In this document: in pieces, positions 24,901 to 36,695 of the stretch
Layout of the letters: the number at the start of each line of letters is the position of its first letter
Numbering within the stretch: position 1 is the stretch's first letter
Assembly (NCBI GenBank): GCA_009602725.1
Contig: WELB01000019.1
Location: 683,680-721,877 of the forward strand
DNA from: Spirogloea muscicola
Taxonomy: Eukaryota
Length of the DNA: 38,198 nt
Reading direction: 5' to 3'
Translations under genes and position numbers: made by a program
Notes under the pieces: generated by a model
Seen by the model: the letters and a program-made list of their open reading frames with translations, nothing else
Told to the model about the DNA's origin: nothing
The model's database searches: none

Positions 24901-25036
24901 AGCAGCTTTGCTGGAGAGCCTCAGTGGAGGTCTTAATGCCGAGGAATTGGAGCTCATATTGGCCAAGAGAGATCAGGTCGTCAGCTACTTTGACTCAATA
25001 GCACAGTGGCAGGGTCGCTTTTTGGCCGCAGCCTAG
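21920..25036 (+). CDS. ~557-aa protein: low-complexity N-terminus, possible degenerate MoaC-fold region, and C-terminal PI4K-type-II-like domain with substituted catalytic residues; exons 21920-22212, 22481-22613, 22788-22858, 22983-23194, 23385-23533, 23675-23947, 24100-24240, 24357-24578, 24857-25036
   Basis: Nine in-phase GT-AG exons (1674 nt). Motifs AIFKP, WVAYKVGLLLGFDMVPP, ILDALLGNAPRHASNF, PVLVDH and the helical tail LLKLRQLNRAALLESLSGGLNAEELELILAKRD. Start codon is tentative. Confidence 0.8.
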
Positions 25037-25754
25037 GATTACCACTGGTCAATTGTTCTGTACTACTAATTGCAGCGGTGTAGTGTTGAGTCATCATAGT
25101 GGTACTCATTCTTGTAAGTGCCTTATTGGAGGCATGGGTTAGTTCATTACTTAGCGCATACCACATTAGTTTATTGGAAGGCAAAGAAGCAAAGCACAAG
25201 TATACACTGTTTGTAATGTACGCTGGTGTGAAGCATTCTCAAGCAGTGTAGGGTCACTCATATGAATTGAAACTTCACATCAGACACCTTAACTTGTAAT
25301 CAGTAGGATCTGTAACTCGTGATCTGTTACTCTTTCAATCTGCTCCACCCTAGACATGGTCCTTGGCACAAGCTCATATTGGCCGCTTAAGTTGGCAATA
25401 TTGTGGGGAGTCTAACAGAGGAGCTAGCACTTCTGCATGACCTGCTCACCAGCAATGTCATGCCAGCTCTTGCTCACGATTATGTGAATGGTGAATGCTT
25501 GCCAAGCCCAGGCTAACAGCAGTAAGGCACAGGACTAACTTCATCATCAACTACTGCCACAGCAAGTACATGTTTCTTAGTGGGCTGTGGATGTTGGCTT
25601 GTTAACGTATCCGAGCTACCTAACAAGTCCGAAGTAAGACATTCAGTGGGTGGAGCTACATCGCACTGAGACATGTTCAGTGGAGCTACATTTTCATTTG
25701 TCATTTTGACCTGAGCGGGCCTCTAAAGAATTCGCAGGGTGCCACCAAAAATCA

Positions 25755-27664
25755 TCAATCGCAGTCATAGTCGTCGTCTATGTCGGCAGTAGCCAGACTG
25801 CCAGTGGCTGCAGTGCTTATGGGCATTAGCACAGGCTGGCGACTTAGCGTCTCAAGCTTGATAGTGATTTCAGATAGCGGCAGCTGTAGTTGGACCGCGG
25901 CTGGAGCATCTGTCTCGCCACTGCCATGGAGGTCCAGGTTGAGGTCAAAGTCACATGGTGGCCGGCGGCCCGCGGCAGGGGGGCTAGCGCCAGCTCCCAC
26001 ATCGACGGCCTCCGACTTGACTGAGACAGCAGACACTGGCGGCGGCTCACGGCCGAGCCACTCGCATGCTCCTGCGCCACGCAAGGGAAGGGCGAACGCT
26101 CAGCTTGTGCTGACTGAAGCTGCGTCACTCACAGTGGGCATCCTGCGGCAGCAATTGTTGTGTTGCATGCGTGAAACGAGAGGCCTGAGGCATCGAGCTG
26201 AGGCGCTGACTGCAAAACAACACCTGGTGGGAGAGGCAGGCTGGCGAGGCCAGCGAGCGCCCGTGCGGCGTCGTGGTCCTCGCGGGAGGTGGTGACCTCC
26301 ACATTGACGTTGGCGTGCTCGCCCTTCACGCGGCCCGCTTTGCCATTTGCATTGCCGCCACCTCTAGACCGCCCGCGGCCCCTCTTAGCGGTGTGCTCTG
26401 GTGCCGCCGATGCGGGCGTCGTTGCCGGCTGCAAACTCCCACCCTGCTCCAGCTACGCAAGTGGCACGCCACGATAGAACCAGTCAGCAATTCAGGCCCA
26501 CAACATGAACTCAGCCGCACTTACCACCAGCGACAACATTAACAGCGGCATTGAACAACAGCGACATCAATTACAGCGGCAGCCAGGAGCAGGGGCAGAG
26601 CACAGGCAGATGTGGTGTTGCCACCTTCATTGCCATTTTGCTGTCACTGTCATTGCCGCCCGCCTCGCCATTGATTGCCGACCTGCTCACCATCAAGCGA
26701 GTTGAAGGTAAGTGAGTGCCCTGCGAGGCATCAAGGGCAGGGCATGCACTGGGCCAAGAGTGGCACCACCTGTGCTCACCTCTTGCGGCTGCTTCCGCCT
26801 GGCCCGCTCTCGGGCACGGCGCTCTCATGCGACGGGCTGGCGACGGCGCCGGCGGTGTCGCCAGCGCCAGCGAGCCCGGGGTCCGGGAAGTTGGCCACGA
26901 GCTCCCGCAGGAAGTCGAAGGCGCTGTGACCCTCGATGCACTGCTTCCTGCAGCGAAAGCCAGCAGCGCGAGAGAGGGGAGTCAGCGCTGCAGATTTTCC
27001 AGGAGGAGCAAGCGAAGGTTCATGGCCAGGCAAGTGGGGCGTTGGAGCCGCTCACAGGTGGGCGACCGTGACGGTCTTGCTGCCGCGCTCCTGCGTCACG
27101 CGGTACGTCTTGTCGCACAGGTCCTGGAGGAAGAGCTCCAGCGCCCGGGCTGCACGGGCAGAGCCACGGCGTCATGGTCAGGGTCCTCGTCAGTAGCATC
27201 AGAAACGTCAGTTAGAAAGAGCGTCAGCGTCTTCGTCCGTTTTTCCACCACAGCGACGACGCAAGAGGACGGCCTACCAGCTGCGGCCTTCACGACAGCT
27301 GCGACCACTGGCATGCAGGCTGCCGCTGCAGCATGGGGCGGCGAAGGAGGGGCCCTCACAGATGCCAACCGGGGTAGCCTGTGCGATCTTGCCGACCTCC
27401 TCATCGGCCTGCATGATCTTCTTGATGCGGGCCTGCAGCAGCAACACATGATCGGGAGAACCAGGGTGAGGGGGATGCGCTCGCTTTCGGGAACTGCGCG
27501 GGGAGAGGAGGGAGGAGGTATGGGAAAGGTGGGGAGGAGCAGAAAGGCACTCGCCAAAGGCATGGCAAGGCTCAGCGCTCAGCGAGCAGCGACGGCGAAG
27601 CACCGCCGGGGGGGGGTGTGGGGGCTCCTACAGAGGGGAACCGCGTGTCCAGCTTCTTCCTCAT
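25755..27664 (-). CDS. DRAP1: NC2-alpha / Dr1-associated corepressor (histone fold); exons 27664-27632, 27432-27360, 27149-27056, 26947-26780, 26682-26625, 26443-26224, 26071-25755
   Basis: [84 protein letters not shown], plus plant-type RGRGR, DFDLN and acidic DDDYD C-terminus. Confidence 0.93.
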
Positions 27665-27854
27665 GGCGGTGGCGCCAGCAGCGGCGCCGAGCGTGGCGGT
27701 GAGAGCCGGCACTTCGGCAGCGGCCAGGCGGCCTAGTGCGTGGTAGGAGGCGGCTGCCGGGGAGCACGGCGGCGACCCTCATGGAGCCAGGGGCTCCGCC
27801 ACAGCCGCCGCCGCCGCCGAGGCCGCCGCCGCCGGGAGACCGCCGTCGCCGCCG

Positions 27855-28421
27855 NNNNNNNNNNNNNNNNNNNNNNNNNNNNNNNNNNNNNNNNNNNNNN
27901 NNNNNNNNNNNNNNNNNNNNNNNNNNNNNNNNNNNNNNNNNNNNNNNNNNNNNNNNNNNNNNNNNNNNNNNNNNNNNNNNNNNNNNNNNNNNNNNNNNNN
28001 NNNNNNNNNNNNNNNNNNNNNNNNNNNNNNNNNNNNNNNNNNNNNNNNNNNNNNNNNNNNNNNNNNNNNNNNNNNNNNNNNNNNNNNNNNNNNNNNNNNN
28101 NNNNNNNNNNNNNNNNNNNNNNNNNNNNNNNNNNNNNNNNNNNNNNNNNNNNNNNNNNNNNNNNNNNNNNNNNNNNNNNNNNNNNNNNNNNNNNNNNNNN
28201 NNNNNNNNNNNNNNNNNNNNNNNNNNNNNNNNNNNNNNNNNNNNNNNNNNNNNNNNNNNNNNNNNNNNNNNNNNNNNNNNNNNNNNNNNNNNNNNNNNNN
28301 NNNNNNNNNNNNNNNNNNNNNNNNNNNNNNNNNNNNNNNNNNNNNNNNNNNNNNNNNNNNNNNNNNNNNNNNNNNNNNNNNNNNNNNNNNNNNNNNNNNN
28401 NNNNNNNNNNNNNNNNNNNNN
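27855..28421. other. Assembly gap in a GC-rich divergent promoter region; probably hides ATP5 exon 1
   Basis: Run of N flanked by GCC-rich sequence. The ATP5 N-terminal exon is not visible elsewhere. Confidence 0.9.
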
Positions 28422-28821
28422 GACCGCCCCGCCTGCGGGCATCTGGGCTGCCGAGCGCGCCGCCCACCCTGCGCCCCTCCTGTCGGTGCGGCGCCGGCAG
28501 GGCCTGTCGCCGGCGCCGCCGCCGCCGCTGATGGAGCCGGTTCAGTCCGTGGCGAGCCTCTCACGCCCCGTCACCTGTCTGGCGACGTCCTGCGCAGGCC
28601 CGCCGGTGGCTCGCGACCAAAGAGGAGCCGGCAGGAGTAGAGGTGAACCGGCGTTCTGTCAACTCGTTGCAAGGCCTTGATCAGCAGCTGCGCTTTGAAT
28701 GCGGCGGCTTCGTCGCAATCTCTTGATCAGAACGTGTTGCTTGCTTGTGAGTGCTGCGAGCCATGAAATGGACATTCGTTGTCAATGACAGCGAGTACCC
28801 CGTGACATGCCCTTTACGCAG

Positions 28822-29921
28822 CCGCCCATTCCCCTGTACGGCGTCGCGGGCAAGTATGCGGGAGCCCTCTACGTCGCGGCTGCGAAGGCCAAGGAGTTTG
28901 ACAAGGTTGAGAAGGAGCTCCTGGGCATCACGGAAGCTGCCAAGAAGGATGAGAAGCTCCGCAGCTTCTTGAAGGACCCCTCTGTGGAACGGAACGTGCG
29001 ACTCAAAGCCATCGAAGAGCTCGCAAAGGCAGCAGGCTTCTCTACTGTCACGAAGAACTTCTTGTGTGAGCAGCTCCGACCAGCATTGGTCCTTACTCTT
29101 GCATCTTGACTGAAAAATGGGCACTCTGGCCAGAGCTTCATCAATTGCAGCAATTGCATCGCTCCGACCTTCAAAATGCCACTGCTGTGACCTCAAAGAC
29201 AAGAAAAAGCGCGGCCAAAGTGACTGGTAACTGGCCAAAGTAACCTCTAAATAGCAAGATGTGTGCTGATCTGCTGTATTTCAATCAATGTAAGCCTCAG
29301 TTGAGATGGCGAGGGCTTGCACATCTGCTGTCCAGCTCGTAGCACTCTGAATCTTAAAATGTTTACTGCAGTAATTCTTGCTGAGAATGGCCGCCTTCGC
29401 TATCTTGAGAAGATTGCGGAGGCTTATGAGGAGCTCCTGACAGCTCACAGGGGGCAGGTCAAGGCAGTCGTCACTGCTGCTCTGGTAAGACTAAGCCAGG
29501 CCTGTTCACAAGAGATTGGTCACAAAATGCAAGATCTCTTTGTCATTCATGCCATGCTGCACATATTGAGGCCCTCTGGAAGCTTTTGCAGGAGCTCGAG
29601 TCCAACGAAATCTCCGAGATTAAGGAGGCTTTGAAGAGCTTGATCAAGCCGGGCCAGACCCTCTTGTTGCAACACCAGGTTTGTACATAGCCTCAGATCT
29701 CTCTGAGGAGGGTCAACTTCACAATTTTCTCATCCTAGTTCACTCTCAAGCAGCAGCTACATCAACGGCTTTGTGTGGATCTTATTCTGTTGCTACCTCT
29801 TGTGCAGGTGGACCGGAGCATCCTTGGCGGGCTGGTGATTGACATTGGCGATAAGCACATTGACTTGTCTATAGACTCCAGCATCAAGAAAGTGGAGCAG
29901 ATGCTGGGTTCAGGCTACTAG
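28822..29921 (+). CDS. ATP5: Mitochondrial ATP synthase subunit O (OSCP), first exon not visible; exons 28822-29065, 29372-29484, 29592-29678, 29808-29921
   Basis: PPIPLYGVAGKYAGALYVAA, TKNFLLILAENGRL, AHRGQVKAVVTAA, VDRSILGGLVIDIGDKHIDLSI. Confidence 0.95.
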
Positions 29922-30517
29922 ATTAGGAGCCCAGAGATCCGCACCTTTGCCATCTCATTGTCATCGCTACTCAGCTTCCAGAAGAAGAACGGCAGCTCAA
30001 TCAACATTTAAGCCAGCTGTCCCCTTGCTCCTTGTGCTAAGCAACTGCTACTGATTAAAAGAGTGCGTACCTAGTTACCTTCTATGTGAGCGTGAGGTAT
30101 AATGTCAAATATTATTCTAAGAAAGACGTTTCCAGCAATGGACTGTTTGAGAAGCCCTTCTATGCTCTGCATCTTTGCAGCCTGCAGCGAACAGTCCATT
30201 GCAGCACTGCCATGCATGTGGGCATAGAAGTTACATATGCAGCAGGAGTTTACACCTACTATCACTTAAACAAGAAAGACCAAGGATGGGGCACATAAAG
30301 AGACAAGCATAGCCCCTGACCAGTAATGTTCGCACACTTGACCAAGTGATATTGCAGAGCAAGGAATCTACAACCCTGCAAATCAGGGCAAACTGAAGGA
30401 TTGGCCTCTTCGTGAATTGTACATACCAGAAAGTGAAGAGGCAGCTAGAATGGGCTAATGTTCCACTAATGGTGAGTGAAGTGGTACAAAGACCAGCTTA
30501 TGTAACGGCCTTCTGCT

Positions 30518-31753
30518 TCAAGCCTCCATACGCTGCACTTGCTTCTCAGTGGACACCTTGACTTTGAGCTTCTCCACCTTCGGAAGCTCAAGGCTTGGGT
30601 CAACCAGCGTAGCCACTGGCGCCTTGACGAGATGAATGTTCTGCTCCAGCTCCAGAGCAGCTTCCAGATTTTGTCTCTTCTTTGTGCCCTTCATCCTGCG
30701 CGCGGAAGCATATATTTGCTCGACCAGAAAATCAAACTTGTGCAGCCTAATAAATATGGCCACAGTTTTGAGGTGCAAAAGTCCGAAACATGAGAAAGTA
30801 GGTCATACTGGATCTTTGAACTTACTTAGAAGGCTTTCGAATGGGCAATAGGAGCAAGCACAGAGAACGAGGTGATGCAGGCGCCCAGCGAGTGCGGCTC
30901 AGATTGAAGTACAGAACATGCTGAGATACATTACTGGCTCAAGGCTTACCTGTGCTCGTGGAACTTGGCTTGCCTCTTCACTCGCACTTCCTCGATCTTC
31001 TTGATGGCCTTCACGGTGTTACTGACCACGTTCCTGTCGTATCTTTCTGGCCGATTTCGTCTCCTCTCGAGCTCGAAGGTGGTGTCCTGGTAATGAGACA
31101 GCCAATGCCAAGATGATATGCTCGTGTACTTTTGCAAACTACCAGGCCCTGGCAGGAGCTGGCATTCAGTCTCGCTGGTAGTAGCCTTAGCAGAAGTCAT
31201 CAACACAGCTATTGTCTCTACACGATGGACGGTTGGCAGACGAACCTCAGCCAAGTCCTTGCCGTGTAGCTTCCTGTATGCCTTCGTCCATTTCACCTTG
31301 CGGGGATTCCGCTTCATCTTGAAGTTCTTATGGCACTTCGACCTGCAGAAACGGAACACCTGCTCCAACACGATATAACATGAAGGCACTTCAAATCAGC
31401 AGGGGAAAGGGCATGCAACTTAACAAGCATCGAGCCATCACCCTTTTTCTGTGCATACCGAGCATAGTAGTGCAAGTAATCACTGGAAGGTAGACTTGCG
31501 CAACCAAAGCAGTCGTGATCTGAAAATTGGAGCCCGGTACACATCGTCCCGTGCAGAGCTTCGCTAGGCATTCTCCACAAGTACTGAGCGCGCCCACCGC
31601 ATTGGCCCTTGGCCGCAGCAGCCACGCCCTGCAGACGGCCTCTGACCAAGAGGTGCGACAAGGCAAGCCCACCTTGGCATCGTTCCTGACGAAGGCGATG
31701 CCGTGACCGGGGTACACCGTCGAGGAGCAGAACCAGCACTTCTCCAGGCGCAT
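30518..31753 (-). CDS. RLP24: Ribosome biogenesis protein RLP24 (L24e family); exons 31753-31673, 31359-31246, 31086-30950, 30695-30518
   Basis: [83 protein letters not shown] is the RLP24/RSL24D1 signature. Confidence 0.96.
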
Positions 31754-31885
31754 GGCGCCCTCGCTCGCTCCCGCTGGCTCAGCCTCGGGGCCGGCCCCGG
31801 CCGCGGCTCGTGCGTCACGTCAGCGCACGAAGCGGGGTCAGCCCTCTCGGAGCCTGCGCTTGACAACGGGGCGGCGGTTGCTGCT

Positions 31886-31922
<37 letters not shown>
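31886..31922. repeat. (GCG)n tract in the RLP24 / hydrolase divergent promoter
   Basis: About 12 GCG units. Confidence 0.85.
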
Positions 31923-32294
31923 GCGCGGACGTGGGGTCGGGGTTTGAGGGACAGTGCTTTGGCAGGTCCCTAGGTTTCTTGTGACACCCCTTTCGTTTAA
32001 AGCACCAGTCAATCTGGCCGCGCTTCCTTTCGCTTAAAGCCGATCCGGTCCCAGTTGATGACGGGCCACTCTCTGCCCAGCCTTGCAGGTGGAGGCGGCC
32101 GCCATGGGAGCGACCGCGGCAACCACAGCGGCGGCTGCGGCGGAGGCGGCAGCGGCGCCGCGTCGCGGCTGGTGTGAGCTCCGCCTACACGCAACGTGGC
32201 TCCGGCGCGTCCATGGCTCCGCCCGAGCACGCTGAGCAGGACGAATGGGAGCCTCTGATGGGCCTCTCTCTCTAGATGCCAGCCGTGCAACGCC

Positions 32295-35200
32295 ATGGGG
32301 GCTACATTGCTAGACGGTGCTGCAGAGCACGTCGGAGGGGCTGCGCCCAATCAGCAGATGCCGCCAGCGACGGGCCGTAAAGTTGGCGAGCTGCCAGAGC
32401 ACTACCAACGCCAAACCATTAGCGAGATCGTCCAGAAGGTGGACTCACCTCCTGTAGCAGGTTTTCAGCAGTCTTATGTACATCACGCTAGCCAAGCCAG
32501 CCCGTCAGAAGCATTACGGAGAGATAGATTGACGGCGAAAGAAACTAGGACTAGCACCAAATCATTGCTATCTTACTGCTCATTGCAAGGGTCCTTAAGG
32601 GCAAGTCTTCATGGTATCTTGGTATAATATTTGCTGAAACACCGATGTCCTCCACATGGATGGTCTCGAGATATGCAGGCAATTGCAGAACGTGTGTTTC
32701 CAGGAGCAGCAGTTGCCTTTGGTGGTTGTGACATACCCTGCTACTTTCAGGGTAAGATGGCTGCATAGAGCTCCTCTGCAGTGTAGCAGCTCTCAATACA
32801 ACGACGTTGCTTCAAATGTGGATCTGTGAAGCTGTCAGCTTCTGCTAGTCGGTCTTCGGAGGTGTCATACGAGCTTGAGCATCAGAAGAGCCAGAGATTG
32901 TTGAGTAAAGGGTGTCAGTAATCAGTGACGAGTGTGCAGCTAGACAGCACCTTGTAGATTGTGAATCCTCCTTGAGCTGAGATGATAATAACTTGGTCAA
33001 TTGACGCCTAAAAGCTTGATTCGCCTGTGACTTTTTCTGATTTTGTGTTTTCTTGCTTATCTGCCTCAATCCTGTTGTGCGATGTACCAGGCTATGGGAC
33101 TTACACTTTGTGAGTATAAGTGCTATGGTTGACAACCAAGGCTCCCAACATCATGACTTGCATACTACTTGCGTTCTCCCTACATGCTGGCACTGTGTGA
33201 TCACAAGAGAGAAAGAGAGTGTTAACAACAGTTACTCTTGCTGTTGCGCAGTGAGTCAAGCATGGAAATAAAGTTGGACGCTATATGGGATTTAGCATCT
33301 CTGACGAAGGTACCAGATTCATCATGATCAGAACCTAGCTCAATGAAGTCTTTTGGTATCTCAAAGCGAAACAGGCATCTTGCTACATATAAGCAACCCC
33401 CAAGAACGAGCCTGGCCTACCACCACAAATTCATAGTGACCTCCTTATGAGAAATCATCAGACAGCATGCCTGCTTTTTCCGCATGCCTCCAGGTGATGG
33501 TGACTGTACCAGCAATTATGCTTCTCTATGAGCGAAGCCAGATTGGTAGATGACAACTGAGGCCTCTTCTTTAAAATCAGTAATAATCATACAGAGCACG
33601 GAAACCTCTTGACTGATATCATGCACTCATGAGCACATCATGTTATACATCTTCAGCTATTTCTTGAAGTATGACTGAGGTCATGCATCTGTCTACTATG
33701 ATGGTGTACAAAATCCTCACAAGTTGTGTTGAAGGATGCAGATCTGGATGCTCCAGCCTGCCAATATCTACCAGAGTTTGGGCAGAATGGCAAGCATGTC
33801 ATCACAATCCGGATGCTACTGACACACACAGCGGGCCTCAAAGTGTTTTATCCTTTCTTTCAGATGGACCTTGTCACCAAAGAGGAGGTTGACTGCCGAG
33901 CACACATCAAGCTTTCTGCTCAGCATGTCAAGTATGTAAGTAATCTGCTAGAACATTCTCATACACATCTTGTGAAATGTTGGAGCCCAACAAAGACAGA
34001 CCTTCCGATATGAAACACAATTGCAGGTGCTAAATTTCATCATGATGGACAAGTTGGAGTATCCTCCGGGTGAAATGGCTCACTATAGTGACCTTTCCAT
34101 GATTATGCTGGGCCTCATCATTGAAAGCGTGGTCAAGACAGATCTTGCTTCCTTCATCATGAAGGAACTCTTTCTGCCCGTAAGCCATTGGTCCTGCTTA
34201 TCAAGGGCTGGTTGTTCTTGTGAATAGATGTGCTTCATTGGCCTGGACACATGGCTGCTGTGTGGTAATCCAGTGTAACTTGCAATGCATCGCTGGTCTA
34301 TGCACAAAGCATTTGTTGCACAGCTGATCATCTCTACCACCTCCTTCGCTTTGCAGATGGGCTTGAAGCAAACAAGCTTTCGGCCAGTGGAAAGTACTGA
34401 TTTTGACCCCATCGTGGTACCCACTGAGGTTGATGTTGTGCATCGAAATCGGCTCCTGTGGGGAGAGGGTAGTGATGTTGACTTCACCCCTTTGGAAGCA
34501 CCTGCACAGACAATGGCATGTCATTCTTTGACTATTTGGCTGTGCCTGCACGTACAAACTTGCTTCTCTTTCTTGTAGCAAATCAGATTTGACTTGCTCG
34601 CTCCTCTGTACTGATGCGGTGTTAATTGCTTATGTTCTCTATGTCTTGAGCAGTTCATGATCCAACAGCCTACATCTTAGGAGGTGTGGCTGGACATGCT
34701 GGGCTCTTCTCCACCATATTGGATGTCTCTCATGTACATCTCAACAAGTGTCATGTCCTCTGAAGCTCCAGAATACAGTGGCCTTCATCAAGGACAGGTG
34801 TCATAAAGGGCTGCAAGCACAATCGTGAAGCAAAGGGACTGAAAGCTGCTGATGCCACTGCTCACCATTTGGATGCTTCATGTTGGTGGCTATCATACTG
34901 TTGCCGCCTCATCATAAGAACTGCTGAATCTCTGCCGTATAATCTGCACATATGCAGTACGCGCAAATGCTTCTATCTGGAGGGCTAGATTCAGTCACTG
35001 GGAGGCGGTTCTTCCAAGAAAAGACTGTCAGGACCTTCACTCGTCCTCCTGCGCCCACTGTGTCAAATCCTCGGCCCTTCGCTTTGGGGTATGGGCTCAA
35101 TATTTGCATGGGAAGTTGTAGGTCAATAAGCTTGAGCAGCCATCAATATCTACTCCTTTATCTGAATAATGCATCAAGCGAAGTCACTTGTGCGAGCAGT

Positions 35201-36368
35201 TCTTGTGCTCATTATGGTCCATTGATAACGACAAGCATTTTGTGTGGCTGATGACATGGGTCAGCTGCTTTAACTGACTAGAGGTGCACATTACAGATCA
35301 CTATTCACTGAGATGTCTTTGGAATGGAACAGATTTGATGTATCTGTGCGGAGGGGCTTGAATGGCTACACTTCAGCAGGGCAGTACCTGGGTCCCCGAA
35401 CATTCGGACATACCGGCTTTACAGGTATGCAAGCATTAACAGTGGCAACCCTAAGAAAGCCCATTTACTCACTCAATTCCTTAGCATCTGCTGGACTGCT
35501 TCCACTTCAGTCGAACATGAGCCACTTGATTGCCTTGCTGAGTACTTTGAGATTCAGATGCAATCATTTGTATCAGTAGAGCCTCCTCTGTGAGGGTTGA
35601 TAAGAACTTTACACAAGCTGGTCATTACTGGTTCAAGCACAACTGCCCCTGGTGATCGTTTGCAGGAACTTCACTGTGGATCGACCCAGACCGAAATATT
35701 TTTGTGGCCCTCCTCAGCAATGCTGTCCATCCATCAGCCGTGAGTGACCCTAAATACAGCCCTCTGACCGTAGCTGGTGTTGTGCGCTCCTGCTAACCAC
35801 TAAGATGTGCCCAAGTTGCTGATGATCCGGATTTGGAGCTGGACCACCTCTTTCTCAAGCATTAATCCTGCCAACATGTGAAGGAGAGCCGCACATGTGC
35901 AGAGTTCCTGCTAGCGTATTGTCCAATTAATTGCAAGGAAGGCTTGCATTGTGGTGGTCACAGGCGCTGGATGCTCCAGGGCAGATGATTAGTAAAGTTC
36001 GGCCATTGGTGGCAGACGCCGCAGTGCAGGCCATGGCTGAACAGCTCATGCCCAGGGAGCAGCTTACCTGGCATCTTCCAGCCTCTTGTGACCTCCATAC
36101 GGAGCCGAGCGACAGAACACATGAACACGACGCTCTCACACTGGTCGCCTTGTGGGCTCAAGATCGACCAAACGTCAAGTCAGCTGATTGGCCAAGTAGT
36201 AGACAGCGGCGAGCCAACATGGCTGTGCCAGAATCTCCCAAACAGGATGTGTCCACCTCACATCTCGATGGGCTTGCTGCAACAGGAGAGACGGCGCAAC
36301 GCAAGGGCAGGTGGCGCAAGCTGATGCCTGTGGCAATTGCCGGCATCGCCCTATATGTGTTTCATTGA
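32295..36368 (+). CDS. Beta-lactamase-fold serine hydrolase (AmiE/YbbE-like) with hydrophobic C-terminal tail, ~512 aa; exons 32295-32438, 32679-32751, 33091-33109, 33252-33309, 33494-33545, 33742-33887, 34027-34179, 34357-34468, 34654-34733, 34958-35088, 35333-35424, 35666-35739, 35964-36368
   Basis: In-phase exons (1539 nt) encode VFPGAAVAF, WDLASLTK (SxxK), ITIRMLLTHTAGL, YPPGEMAHYSD, GEVHDPTAYILGGVAGHAGLFST and FGHTGFTGTSLWIDP. Alternative start: exon 32104-32173 spliced to 32314. Confidence 0.9.
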
Positions 36369-36695
36369 GGCCTCTCAGCAACCACTGCTGGACTGTTATA
36401 CTGATACCAAGATCACGGGTTGCTGTTCAACCAGTCCAGTTTACAGTCCCTGCAGCCGCCCCTAGCTGTAGACTGATCGTACTGGCTATTCTTTCCACCC
36501 TGTGTCAGAAGGGCCCTCAAGTTTTTACATGTGGCAACCAGGCCTTGAGGTCATCATAAAGCTCCTATTATGCGAGCCTTCAACACTGCGAGCACCAGTT
36601 TCGTGTCCACATGATCCGACCAGGATGGCAAAGGGCCACTCAAGCAGCAAATTGTCATCCTTTCTACTTGATGGGCGAATCACAAGGCCTTTTGG

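Noticed and set aside
27579..28680. Long ORFs spanning the N-gap
   Set aside because: Artefacts of undefined bases.
30518..31753. Cytosolic ribosomal protein L24 (RPL24)
   Set aside because: The motifs ([38 protein letters not shown]) match the biogenesis paralogue RLP24.
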